Shown here one piece after another: positions 9,615 through 19,030 of a DNA stretch of 64,000 nt (position 1 is the stretch's first letter; each line of letters starts with the position of its first letter). A program made the position numbers and the translations under genes. The stretch is taken from positions 32,001 through 96,000 of IMG/VR virus record IMGVR_UViG_3300009095_000010, one strand, 5' to 3'. The notes below the pieces were generated by a model. The model had not been told where the DNA came from, searched no databases, and saw nothing but the letters and a program-made list of their open reading frames with translations. Source of the DNA: a virus. Taxonomy: Duplodnaviria > Caudoviricetes.

Positions 9615-11150
9615 TTATGCGCCTTCTGGAAAGAAAATCTTATGAGTCATGAACTGTGGTGTGTCATGAACTGGTTGAGAAGCTAGACGCCGCATTGATT
9701 GATGCTCACTCTCATAAGGGTCTTGCTTGCCAGTCTCACAACCCATGTTCATCATCATATGAGCAATAGCAACTCTTTGTGCGTGTGGGTCAACCTCACC
9801 AAGAACATTGATTGCATCCTCAGCTCTGAGATAATTACCCTCAGCAACAGACTCTTTCACAACGTCAAGAAGCTCGGTTGGCTTCATTCCGTAGCAAGGA
9901 GATGCAGTTGCAAGCGCTCTCTTGTTTCCACCCAGGCCAGATTTTACAACCTCATCGATTGCACTCTTGCTAAATGCAGTTACCGCATCGTTAGCAAAAA
10001 CAACCTTTGGTGGCAGAATCATATTGCCAGTAACTTCAACAGGTACCTTGAGCCCAGTTCCAACACCGATAGCTACGGCATAGAAAACCTTACCCTCTTC
10101 AACGTCTGCAACCTTGACCTGTACTGAGCCATAGCCCATCTCAGAAAACTTGCGAACAAGCATAGAGCGGCCAGCCTCAACGACGCGGTCACCATGAATG
10201 AATCTTGCTATACCATCTGGCTTACCAAGAGTTTCAGCAAACTTGCTTTCTTCTGTGGCTGCCATCTTTGGCAGCTGAATATCAGCATGTGGATCTTCCA
10301 TCTGTGCATAGAGCAAAGAATTCTGATCGATTGCTGGTGTTCCAGTTTCAGAAGCGACCTTGATAGCTGCAAGCTCTACTTCGTTGACGATACTCTCTGA
10401 GCCCTTCTTGACACGTTCAAGCACATCGAGAAGTCTAGAACCATCTACACGGAAGGACTTTCCAGCTGTATTTATAATGTGTTTCTGGTAGGCTTGCTTA
10501 CCAAGATCCTCAAAGCCCGCTCTAGAAAGGAAGAGACTTGGAAGAATGGCCTTACCTTCTCTCAACTCTACAGGGATAAGAGCAAAAGCTGTTCCTTTTG
10601 GGGTTTCGTGAGAAGCCTGGACAATGATCAGATCTTGGCGACCGGCAAATGTAGTGATGTCCTTTGGCTCAATTCCAATTCCAATTAGCTGAGCATAAGC
10701 AGCTCTTTGTGCTTTTTGTGAATCAGTTGCACTGTAAATCTGCTCTCTAGGGGTTGCTGCAAAAGCACCACTTAGTGCATTAGAAAGAATTGGGTCTGCA
10801 AATTTAGCGTAGTCCCGATCCAGAGGCATTCCTTCATTGGAGTCACGAACAAATGTCTGTGGCTTGCGTTCAGCTTGCTTACCAAGCTCTTCAGCAAAAA
10901 CAGAAGAGAGCTTTGAATGAGACGCGCTGAATCGCTCAACAACCTGACGAAGCTCATCTTTGGAGATGAATGTTTGGTTAGAAGCCATCTTTGTTAGGAC
11001 CTGAGATGCGTTGATAAGAGCCGTATCTGTTGGTCTGGCTTGTGCTTCACGACGTGCCTTTGCAGCAACAATAGGAAGGGCAAGCTTTTCGTTTGCTTCG
11101 ACAGCAGCCGCTGCCTTTTGAATCAATGAACTAATCTCTTGAATATCCAT
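9615..11150 (-). CDS. hypothetical protein, probable structural protein
   Basis: ORF track 9615..11201, likely start MDIQE at 11150. Two similar units (ALIPVELREGKAILPSLF / LKVPVEVTGNMILPPKVV). Motifs KMAS, KVAS, RLAS. Confidence 0.7.
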   Translation of the reverse strand: MDIQEISSLIQKAAAAVEANEKLALPIVAAKARREAQARPTDTALINASQVLTKMASNQTFISKDELRQVVERFSASHSKLSSVFAEELGKQAERKPQTFVRDSNEGMPLDRDYAKFADPILSNALSGAFAATPREQIYSATDSQKAQRAAYAQLIGIGIEPKDITTFAGRQDLIIVQASHETPKGTAFALIPVELREGKAILPSLFLSRAGFEDLGKQAYQKHIINTAGKSFRVDGSRLLDVLERVKKGSESIVNEVELAAIKVASETGTPAIDQNSLLYAQMEDPHADIQLPKMAATEESKFAETLGKPDGIARFIHGDRVVEAGRSMLVRKFSEMGYGSVQVKVADVEEGKVFYAVAIGVGTGLKVPVEVTGNMILPPKVVFANDAVTAFSKSAIDEVVKSGLGGNKRALATASPCYGMKPTELLDVVKESVAEGNYLRAEDAINVLGEVDPHAQRVAIAHMMMNMGCETGKQDPYESEHQSMRRLASQPVHDTPQFMTHKIFFPEGA

Positions 11151-11160
11151 AACTTTTCCC

Positions 11161-11853
11161 TTATTTCCCACGCTTGATGTTTGTGTTTGCAGCATTAGCA
11201 ACCAATTGCTTTATGACCCCTTCAAGCTTGGCTCTTGATATCTGCTTCTCATCATAAAGATTTAATAACTCTGATACCATGCTATCCACCTCCGCATCGT
11301 CATAATCCATATTATGATTAGGTGCTTCTTGAGGAATTTCATGATCTTCATAAGCCTCAATACCATTAAAGTCAGCAACCTTCCTTAGCTCAGGAAAGCG
11401 CTGACAAATAAGTTCACGAGAACGACCCGCCACCTTGGAGAATATTTCTTTCTGAAGAGACTCATCATTTGCCAATTTCTTTGGTAACCACCTACGTGCA
11501 ATATTGAATTCAGTTTCCGGAATACCCATATCACTAGAAGACAGAGAAACAAGAGGTTCGCCTTTGTAATAAATGTGCATAGCACTCTTATCCGGAAGCG
11601 CATCCCAATCATTCTTTTCATTATTAGACTCTACAGCAAGACCGCCGTCCTCTCCATATAGAGCTACAATAACAGGACCATCGGAACCATCTTGAATCTT
11701 CCATAGCTGCTCGGTGTCTTCGTTATCTCTAAAACGAACTAGGTCATAAGCAACCTTTTCAATACGATTCTGAACATCTGCTAGACGATACGAGCGCTGA
11801 GGAAGTAACGTCTGAGAAAGATTATCAAAGTTAACTGTGAACTTATCCTTCAT
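11161..11853 (-). CDS. hypothetical protein
   Basis: 230 aa with SD GGAG; motifs EKVAY, SKVAG, RKVAD. Confidence 0.7.
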   Translation of the reverse strand: MKDKFTVNFDNLSQTLLPQRSYRLADVQNRIEKVAYDLVRFRDNEDTEQLWKIQDGSDGPVIVALYGEDGGLAVESNNEKNDWDALPDKSAMHIYYKGEPLVSLSSSDMGIPETEFNIARRWLPKKLANDESLQKEIFSKVAGRSRELICQRFPELRKVADFNGIEAYEDHEIPQEAPNHNMDYDDAEVDSMVSELLNLYDEKQISRAKLEGVIKQLVANAANTNIKRGK

Positions 11854-11866
11854 TGATTCTCCAAAT

Positions 11867-11874
11867 TATTTATA
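11867..11874 (-). promoter_or_regulatory. possible T4-late-type promoter element TATAAATA
   Basis: Exact TATAAATA 13 nt upstream of the first gene of the putative structural cluster. Single occurrence in AT-rich DNA. Confidence 0.25.
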
Positions 11875-11923
11875 GGGGTTGGCAAGCGTCTGCGCTAAAA
11901 TGATGCAAAAGTAGTGATAGAAC

Positions 11924-11962
11924 AAAAACAAAAGCCCACAGCACAAAATGCGTGGGTCTTTT
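11924..11962 (-). terminator. probable intrinsic terminator
   Basis: Imperfect stem AAAG-CCCAC..GCA/TGC..GTGGG-CTTT followed by a U-rich tract on the minus strand, downstream of the HTH gene. Confidence 0.5.
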
Positions 11963-11986
11963 CATTCCGCGCATACGAGCCAAGTC

Positions 11987-12424
11987 TCAATTATATAGAG
12001 CATGTATCTCAGCTATCTGCGCAATTATTGCCTGTATCTGGGGATCTTTATCTGCCAATCGTCTGAGTTTTTTCTTCGCACCGCCGTATATCTTTTTACC
12101 ATTTCGGTAATCACAATTACCATTTACGGACTTAGTAATAGAGCTTTGGTTTACATTTAACTGTTTAGCTATTTCTATCTGGGTGTATCCCCTAGCTAAA
12201 AGTTCAATAACCTGGAACTGGCGCTCAGTGAGGTGTTCTTTAGCTAATCTCCAAAATTCAAGCTTTAAATCATCTCTAAGGTCTAAAAGCTTTTCTCTAT
12301 CTTCTGGATTGTAATTTTCAACAAGCCCTTGAGCTTCTGAGAATTCAGCCATCATCTCACTTGAATATGGCTGTTCTGTATATAAATACTGGTATCCATT
12401 TGAACGATTAGATTTTTTTCCCAT
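11987..12424 (-). CDS. sigma-70 region 4 / LuxR-type HTH transcription factor
   Basis: LTERQFQVIELLARGYTQIEIAKQLNVNQSSITK. Confidence 0.75.
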   Translation of the reverse strand: MGKKSNRSNGYQYLYTEQPYSSEMMAEFSEAQGLVENYNPEDREKLLDLRDDLKLEFWRLAKEHLTERQFQVIELLARGYTQIEIAKQLNVNQSSITKSVNGNCDYRNGKKIYGGAKKKLRRLADKDPQIQAIIAQIAEIHALYN

Positions 12425-13226
12425 TCATTTCTCCGAAACTCTTCATTCTATCTATAACATACTTTACGTATGTTTTATCTTTAGAGTCTCGAAAAAATTC
12501 ATCAATATCTTTAAAGCCTTCAGGTGGGCTAATAACTTTTATATTTACGTAGTCTTTATACCTATCTTTTATTCTTTTCTTAGCTTTTTGACCAGCCTCA
12601 TCATTATCGTACATCAAGAAAATATTATTTGTATACCTATGTAGTTGAAACATTTGATATCTAGACAGATTAGCCCAACCAAAAGCAACAGTGTTCTTGA
12701 TTCCATGAGCATGCATAGAGATGCAATCAAACTGACCCTCAACCCCTATGACAAAATCGTTTTTAAGAATATCATTCTTAGCCTTATCCAAACCATAAAC
12801 GTACAACTCTTTCCGGCACCCAGCAGAGTACTTATACTTAGGAATCATATTCTCCTGACGCTCCTCTTCGGAAAGAAGACACCGTCCCAGAATAGCTACA
12901 ATATCTTGATGAGCATTACAAAAAGGCATTATTAAATTGTGCTCTGAGAAGTGCCCATGAGGAGCTGTGTCACCAAAGAACTTTGGGTAATAAAGATTCA
13001 TTAGCTTCAGCTCTTCTTTCTTTACCATTGAGGTAAGTTCTTTAAGAGCATCATCCTGAGGAAAGTATCCAAACCTCCACAGAATTTGATCATCCTTACT
13101 GAGGCGGGAATCTAGGTATCTTCTGGCTTTGGCCGCATGCTTAGATGTCAACAACAAATGTTGACATGCCTTCAGAATGTTTTTAAGTGACTTTTGTGTC
13201 TTTTTATGTTCCTGAAACGAGTTCAT
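12408..13226 (-). CDS. dnaG: DnaG-type primase catalytic core (TOPRIM), lacking the zinc-binding domain
   Basis: ARRYLDSR, FGYFP, LIMPF, GR, KYKYS, VEGQFDC, YDNDEAG, KDIDE. No N-terminal CHC2. Confidence 0.85.
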   Translation of the reverse strand: MNSFQEHKKTQKSLKNILKACQHLLLTSKHAAKARRYLDSRLSKDDQILWRFGYFPQDDALKELTSMVKKEELKLMNLYYPKFFGDTAPHGHFSEHNLIMPFCNAHQDIVAILGRCLLSEEERQENMIPKYKYSAGCRKELYVYGLDKAKNDILKNDFVIGVEGQFDCISMHAHGIKNTVAFGWANLSRYQMFQLHRYTNNIFLMYDNDEAGQKAKKRIKDRYKDYVNIKVISPPEGFKDIDEFFRDSKDKTYVKYVIDRMKSFGEMNGKKI

Positions 13227-13579
13227 TGTCCATTAGCTCTCCGCTGAGCTTGAAGGTTCACCTTAATCATCTGAGCAAAAGGTTTCGCCAGATTATCAAT
13301 TGGTTTCTCACAAAATGAGCACACCAAAGTGTTTCCTTCCTTATCCAATGACGGAGGCCCTTCCTTCTTACAATGGTTACATGTAACTGACCATGCAAGT
13401 TTCTTCTTCTCATTTCGTCTTACTTGTCCATTTGAAACAAGCTGACGCCTCATGAAAATAGAAATATTACCTACCGGCTTTGCACATTCTGTACAATACG
13501 CCGTCAAAGATTCTTTATCGACAACTGGCCGCATTTCTTTTCCGCAGCCTTTATTGTCACAAAATGATCTGAAATCCAC
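13223..13579 (-). CDS. double zinc-ribbon protein
   Basis: CDNKGC/CTEC and CNHC/CSFC; GTG start with SD AGGAG. Confidence 0.7.
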   Translation of the reverse strand: MDFRSFCDNKGCGKEMRPVVDKESLTAYCTECAKPVGNISIFMRRQLVSNGQVRRNEKKKLAWSVTCNHCKKEGPPSLDKEGNTLVCSFCEKPIDNLAKPFAQMIKVNLQAQRRANGQ

Positions 13580-13587
13580 TATATCTC

Positions 13588-14604
13588 CTAATCTTGTTTA
13601 CTTGAGATTTCTTCTTGGTTAGTTTGCTCCAAAACATTTATAATGTCATCTATATTTTCTGGATAGTTAACATTGATTAAAAATGAATGAACACCGTATG
13701 GTGGAACGCCAAATCCAGCAACCCTAACAGTATCTCTATGTTTTGTTCTTGGTTTGAACGAAAGAGTCTTCTCGCCCTTTATCGTTCTCAATTTCTTTTT
13801 GGTTCCTTTTAGAGCTTCCAATAAGCTAAGCTCAACTACTGATATAACATCCTTGCCATTCAATTGCATCTCTGTATCTGGTACAACGGAAATAATAACA
13901 GAAACATTACCAGAGACGTACTTTGAAAGATAGTTTCCCTTTCCTTTCAGGGAAAGCCTTGTTCCACTTTCTGCTCCCGGAGGGATTGCTACACTTACTT
14001 TTGTAGTGCTTTTTACCGATCCCGTACCATAACAAACTGTACAATTTACATTGACAGCATTGTATCCTGTGCCACTACATGATGTGCACGGCAGTTCACG
14101 ACCATCGCTCCCATATTTTCTCTTTCCATGCCCACTACACTTTTGGCACATAGTTTTATTCTCTGATATCTTTCCATCATCACAAGAATCACATTTAACA
14201 AATCTTTCAAAAGCAACTTCTTTTCGACCTCCTAAGACAGAGGTTTCAAAAGAAACCTCAACAGAAACTACAACTGGTGGAGGTCCAGCTTGTCTTGGCG
14301 TTCCAAAAGGATCTTTACCCCCAAAATTAACATTGAATACATCATTCATACGACGACGTAATTCGTCTGCTAAATGATCTCCATGATCATAATTATCATG
14401 GAATGGATTTGATGATGTACTTGATCCGTATTTTTCTAGGAACTGAAATGCTTCATTGATTTGTTTGAATTTTAATTCAGCTCCATCTGATTTGTTTTTA
14501 TCAGGATGATAAAGAACAGCTGCTTTTTTAAAAGCTTTCTTTATCTCATCCTTTGACGCTCCTAACGGAACACCTAGAATATTACACGCCTCATGAGTGT
14601 TCAT
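13588..14604 (-). CDS. dnaJ: chaperone DnaJ
   Basis: J domain with HPD; four CxxCxGxG-type repeats; C-terminal substrate domain (IPPGAESG, LSLLEALKG). Confidence 0.92.
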   Translation of the reverse strand: MNTHEACNILGVPLGASKDEIKKAFKKAAVLYHPDKNKSDGAELKFKQINEAFQFLEKYGSSTSSNPFHDNYDHGDHLADELRRRMNDVFNVNFGGKDPFGTPRQAGPPPVVVSVEVSFETSVLGGRKEVAFERFVKCDSCDDGKISENKTMCQKCSGHGKRKYGSDGRELPCTSCSGTGYNAVNVNCTVCYGTGSVKSTTKVSVAIPPGAESGTRLSLKGKGNYLSKYVSGNVSVIISVVPDTEMQLNGKDVISVVELSLLEALKGTKKKLRTIKGEKTLSFKPRTKHRDTVRVAGFGVPPYGVHSFLINVNYPENIDDIINVLEQTNQEEISSKQD

Positions 14605-14639
14605 ATCTTCCTATCATATCTAAAGAGCAGCGACCTCGA

Positions 14640-15821
14640 CTAGTAAAAGGTTGGTTCCACTTTATACTTTGAAAACAATAGTTCCAATTTCCGTGAGAAC
14701 CGTTTGGTGTAAGGAGGTACCTTCTGCTTTCCATCAATTACTTTTACCAATTTGTTATAAGATGATTTCATCAATCTTGGAGATTTTGGCTTTTCACTTG
14801 GATGTATATATCTTGTTCTTGATTCAAGTATATAATCAGCTATATTCCTAAGAACATTTGGACCATCAGAATAATCAATATTATTACGAGAAAAATTATT
14901 TTCAATTACACCAACAATTCGATTACATGTATTACATAAAGTTCCACGAACAAGACCACTACCAAAATGTTTTTTAGAGTGATAGTGATCAAGTGTTGGC
15001 ATAACAACTAATCTTTTACAAACAGGACACAAACCACTTTGCTTTTCTAATAATGAATTTCTTATAAATTGAACTTGAGAATGTAAAAGTTGATAATACC
15101 CATCATATTCATACAATTCTCTTCTACCACAAAAATCAATATCTCTTGGTAAGAAAAACCTTTTACTTTTATTATCTTGTTTAAATTGTCTTTCTAAAAT
15201 AGCAGATTCTAAATTAGTTGTATGAATTTCATCAATAACATCAAATTCAAAATCTGTATATTTTGAAAAATCATATCTCTGATATGATGTCAAAGAGGTA
15301 ATTCCTATTTTAATAAATTCAATTTTTGTTTGTTTATGTATTACTTTCAGTTTATAAAAAATACCAGGTTCCTGTCCTTTAGGGTTTTCTGTATAAAACT
15401 TAACAAAATCAAACCCAGAAATATCTTCTTTAATACATCCTGGACAAATTAAATTTTGACCATAAAGAACTTTTTTTGCCTGTATTAAAAATTCTCCATG
15501 CTTTGAACAAATTACAATTATTTCATTTCTAATATTTTCAAACTTTGATTTAGAAAAATCCATAAATGGATGTTTTGTTTGTGCTTTCAAACAAAATTCT
15601 TCTTTTGTAAGATTTTTATTTCTATAACAAACAGGACAAGAGTGACCTTTAGAACTTGATCTTATAAATGAAGATGGTTGAACTTCAAATAATATATTAT
15701 GATCTTTACATTTAATTTTAACTTTATGATAACTGTCTATATAAACAGTTTCACTATAATCAAATCTTCCAGGATATTTTCGTTCAGATTCCTGTACCCA
15801 AGCTTCAGTATTCCAAATCAT
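14640..15821 (-). CDS. AT-rich endonuclease: N-terminal Cys/His repeats + GIY-YIG-like segment + endonuclease VII domain
   Basis: FDYS..Y..KIKCKDH repeats; GIFYKL..FIKIGIT; QSGLCPVC..LDHYH..VRGTLCNTCN. Confidence 0.7.
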   Translation of the reverse strand: MIWNTEAWVQESERKYPGRFDYSETVYIDSYHKVKIKCKDHNILFEVQPSSFIRSSSKGHSCPVCYRNKNLTKEEFCLKAQTKHPFMDFSKSKFENIRNEIIVICSKHGEFLIQAKKVLYGQNLICPGCIKEDISGFDFVKFYTENPKGQEPGIFYKLKVIHKQTKIEFIKIGITSLTSYQRYDFSKYTDFEFDVIDEIHTTNLESAILERQFKQDNKSKRFFLPRDIDFCGRRELYEYDGYYQLLHSQVQFIRNSLLEKQSGLCPVCKRLVVMPTLDHYHSKKHFGSGLVRGTLCNTCNRIVGVIENNFSRNNIDYSDGPNVLRNIADYILESRTRYIHPSEKPKSPRLMKSSYNKLVKVIDGKQKVPPYTKRFSRKLELLFSKYKVEPTFY

Positions 15822-15841
15822 AATATCAAATATATCAAAAC

Positions 15842-15879
15842 AAAAAGAAGGGAAGAGTTTCTAAGAAACTCTTCCCTTC
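15842..15879 (-). terminator. intrinsic terminator
   Basis: Perfect 15-bp stem GAAGGGAAGAGTTTC-TAA-GAAACTCTTCCCTTC followed by a U tract on the minus strand, after the SSB gene. Confidence 0.85.
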
Positions 15880-15903
15880 AAAGCTAAGTAAAGAAAGCTG
15901 TGA

Positions 15904-16659
15904 TTACTCGTTTACAGCTGTATCTGTTTCTTCAGAATCCGCTGGACGCTGAAAAGAGTAATCGTCCTCTGCCGGCTCCTCCAGATCAGCCGAAGCGGCT
16001 GCTGTAGTAGTGACTGCGGAGGTTCCGTCCCATCCAAGCGCACGAAGACGCTTCTCAACAGTTTCAGGCTTTGGGCAAACAATCTGCCTGTTGATTATTT
16101 TATCGAGCACATCCTCTCCACCGATATCCGCAATCAGTGCAAGATCTGCCTCTGACATTGGATCGGTATCGTCAGCAACAACACTGTAGAAACCAGTGGC
16201 TGTTTTGCTCTTTGGATCAAACTTAATGGAGATATCAAAATCACGAGGTGTGACTTTTTTTCCTTCTGGACGCTTTGAATTCTTAACCTCCAGGTTGGTC
16301 TCAACCTGTTCAGCAGTCAGCTGGCTAAGATCAAGGATCTTGAGCCCGCCATCTGCACGGTCAATTACAACAACCATGTGACGCTCCTTACCCTCTTTGC
16401 CAAGATACTTCTTGACTGGGCAGTCCTCACCATAGGTGGGCCATGCGGTGCGAATACGGTCGCCATAACTTCTCTTGGAGCTTGGTCCCTTCCAACGAAC
16501 TTGGAAATAAGTTCCGATGTTTGAAACAATTCGAACGTTGTTGATTCCAGGCTGAAGCTTCATGAAGTCCAGTTTTGGAAGATCATCATCGTACTGACGC
16601 TTCTGTTTTGGGCTTGCGCCCCATGCTCTAATTCCTACTGATGATGTATTGTTACTCAT
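15904..16659 (-). CDS. gp32-like single-stranded DNA-binding protein
   Basis: FMKLQPGINNVRIV...CPV...LKIL...DFDISIK with acidic C-tail; next to recA. Confidence 0.7.
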   Translation of the reverse strand: MSNNTSSVGIRAWGASPKQKRQYDDDLPKLDFMKLQPGINNVRIVSNIGTYFQVRWKGPSSKRSYGDRIRTAWPTYGEDCPVKKYLGKEGKERHMVVVIDRADGGLKILDLSQLTAEQVETNLEVKNSKRPEGKKVTPRDFDISIKFDPKSKTATGFYSVVADDTDPMSEADLALIADIGGEDVLDKIINRQIVCPKPETVEKRLRALGWDGTSAVTTTAAASADLEEPAEDDYSFQRPADSEETDTAVNE

Positions 16660-16966
16660 ATTTTTCTCCTTGCGGTTTTTGGTATGTTGTGTTCTCTATG
16701 CGAATTATATTGTGCCACGGAATGATTCGGTTAACCGATTTTGGTTCCGTCTTTGCACTATTTGTTGTTGCATAAGGATCTTTTAATAATTGACCCGCTT
16801 GTGTTTTTGTTAATTGAAATCCCCTAAATTCAAGGGTGGCAGGGCCTTGATTCAAGGCCCTAGTTTTATAGTAAACTATGCCATCCTTTTCAGTAGAGTC
16901 ATTCGCTACTATTAGATATATCGGCTTACTATCAGATGGTTGCGATACTGGGGGTATTCCTACCAT
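16652..16966 (-). CDS. hypothetical protein
   Basis: 104 aa ORF in operon. Confidence 0.6.
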   Translation of the reverse strand: MVGIPPVSQPSDSKPIYLIVANDSTEKDGIVYYKTRALNQGPATLEFRGFQLTKTQAGQLLKDPYATTNSAKTEPKSVNRIIPWHNIIRIENTTYQKPQGEKYE

Positions 16967-16967
16967 T

Positions 16968-17939
16968 TTATTCCTCGTCTAACCCTTCGAGATCAGGGTC
17001 ATTTTTCTTAGTTTCTGAAGCAAGCTCAATACCAGAGGCGGTAACAACAAGATCCAATTCGGCTACACAATCATCACCTCCGAAAAGGTGATTCTTTTTA
17101 ACCCTTGCAACGGTCGTAATTCCGTACTTGATTTTCTGCTTGTTCCTAGTACGTGTGAGCGTAGCCTTCCTCGACATTTCTAAAATAAGGGAGCTAAGAT
17201 ATTCTAGTTCAGCTCCTCCTTTTTGCTTGAATCCAACAGAACCAATGTTGGCATACACCTGATTAATACATAGAACTCCAATGGTATAATTTCCATTAGT
17301 ATCTCTGAACTTTTCTATTAGTTGATTGAATCTACGAATGCCCCAGGAAACTTCCTTTGCTGTAACGCCTGGCTGCTTACTATAATCATCATTCTCTTCA
17401 TCTTCTGCGGAGTTAATAGAAGCTCCAACAGAGTCCCAAACAATGAGAATCTTTTGTTCAGGATTCATCTCTTTCGCTGCTTTGACATACGCAACAACCT
17501 GCTGAACACCTTCAAGGATGTTTCGGCTGGGAGCTACGGCCAATTGTGCAGGATCTCCACCCATGCGATCTCTATATCGCGCTGAATCGAACTTACCCTC
17601 GGAGTCCCAAAGGATAACCAGCACGCCTTGATCTTGTGCGGCCTTCATGACTAACATAGATGCAGTACTCTTTCCAGAGTCTGGTTTGCCAGCTATTTGA
17701 AAGATACGTCCAAAAGCAACGCCAAGAATACCCGTCAGCGGCTTCCAAAACTTATTAATTTCTGAAGAGCTGATGTAATCCTTTGGATCTTCTGAAAGAA
17801 CAATCTCATCACCTCTTCTCATACGAGCTGCGATGGCAGATTTTTTCTTATCAAATCGACCCTGTGCCTTAGCTACAAGCTCTGCAATATTTATTGTTGA
17901 TGATGCAGCTTCTTCTGCTGTTAATTTCTTCGATGGCAT
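16968..17939 (-). CDS. recA: RecA/UvsX recombinase
   Basis: Walker A GKPDSGKST; WDSE; IVWDSVG; INQVY; GG..LEY; KNHL. Confidence 0.9.
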   Translation of the reverse strand: MPSKKLTAEEAASSTINIAELVAKAQGRFDKKKSAIAARMRRGDEIVLSEDPKDYISSSEINKFWKPLTGILGVAFGRIFQIAGKPDSGKSTASMLVMKAAQDQGVLVILWDSEGKFDSARYRDRMGGDPAQLAVAPSRNILEGVQQVVAYVKAAKEMNPEQKILIVWDSVGASINSAEDEENDDYSKQPGVTAKEVSWGIRRFNQLIEKFRDTNGNYTIGVLCINQVYANIGSVGFKQKGGAELEYLSSLILEMSRKATLTRTRNKQKIKYGITTVARVKKNHLFGGDDCVAELDLVVTASGIELASETKKNDPDLEGLDEE

Positions 17940-18376
17940 TATACTCCTTTTTTAATCGACCGGAAAGTAAGGTGCGCTTCCTTGAGTAGAGCGTGAATGT
18001 TTGCCAAATGCTTATAATCTCGTTCGGCTATGTTTTGCTCTTGGGTGATGCGCTTTACTTCTGAGTCTATGGCTATGAGTTGTGATAGTGCACTTTCTGT
18101 TACCTTCTTTCCATCCGGTGGATTGGTCTTCAGGTTCGAGTAAGCTGTTGCCTTAGCAAAGTCTATATCACGCTTTAAAGCTCTTGACTTTAAATCAAAA
18201 GATGCAAGATCTGAAAGTAAAGCTGCCTGCGCCAGTAGGCATGAAGCAGCCACGCTATGTGCCTCATCCTCATCAAAGGTACCATTAGATAATGAGTCTA
18301 ATTGTTTCAACACCTTATGATACTTCTCTTCAAAGCCAGTTAAAAAATCATTTGTATTCTCATTTGGTTCCGTCAT
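17939..18376 (-). CDS. UvsY-like recombination mediator
   Basis: Coiled coil with KKVTESAL..I..DSEV; immediately upstream of recA. Confidence 0.5.
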   Translation of the reverse strand: MTEPNENTNDFLTGFEEKYHKVLKQLDSLSNGTFDEDEAHSVAASCLLAQAALLSDLASFDLKSRALKRDIDFAKATAYSNLKTNPPDGKKVTESALSQLIAIDSEVKRITQEQNIAERDYKHLANIHALLKEAHLTFRSIKKGV

Positions 18377-18791
18377 TATTCTCGCTCCTCTTGGAGTTTC
18401 CTTTTACAGAATTACCCTTGAGGTACTCGACTTCTTCTTTCAATAACTTAACCTTTTCTTGTAGAGAATCAAACTCTTTAAACTTATCTTTGAATTTTTC
18501 CTCTGCTTCAGATACAAGAGAATGAATCTGATCTTGAGCAAGTCTCAACTGCTGATTGACTTGTAGAGATATAAGAAAAGTAAAAACCTCTAATGAGGAA
18601 TATTTTTTATGAGGTGGCTTAACAAAAACAATAATACCATCCTCGTTTGTCTCAAAATGATCTTGAAAAAGATCTTTGCCCTGAAAATTAGGACGATCAT
18701 ACCCTTTACAAATATCGTTATAAAAACGAAATTCATCAGGTGTCATTAAAACTTTTTTATGGTCTATAATCCTAACAGTAGCCTTACTCAC
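18360..18791 (-). CDS. hypothetical protein
   Basis: 143 aa with C-terminal coiled coil. Confidence 0.6.
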   Translation of the reverse strand: MSKATVRIIDHKKVLMTPDEFRFYNDICKGYDRPNFQGKDLFQDHFETNEDGIIVFVKPPHKKYSSLEVFTFLISLQVNQQLRLAQDQIHSLVSEAEEKFKDKFKEFDSLQEKVKLLKEEVEYLKGNSVKGNSKRSENNDGTK

Positions 18792-19027
18792 TCAGACCTC
18801 TTAAAGATTCCCTTTCCCGCATTGAAATTTTCCTGAGCCCTTTCTTGTTTATACTTCTCTCTCATTACCTCATATGATTCCTGAGCATCAATTTTCTTCT
18901 GATCCTCCTCTTCATATTCTGCAACAACTTCTTCAAGCTCATCTTCGGTAATACCTTTAGACGCAAGTTTTTGAAGCTCTTCAAATTCTTTATTATCTAT
19001 TCCCTGACTAGATCTAATAACAACCAT
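18788..19027 (-). CDS. hypothetical acidic protein
   Basis: 79 aa ORF in operon. Confidence 0.55.
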   Translation of the reverse strand: MVVIRSSQGIDNKEFEELQKLASKGITEDELEEVVAEYEEEDQKKIDAQESYEVMREKYKQERAQENFNAGKGIFKRSE

Positions 19028-19030
19028 TAC

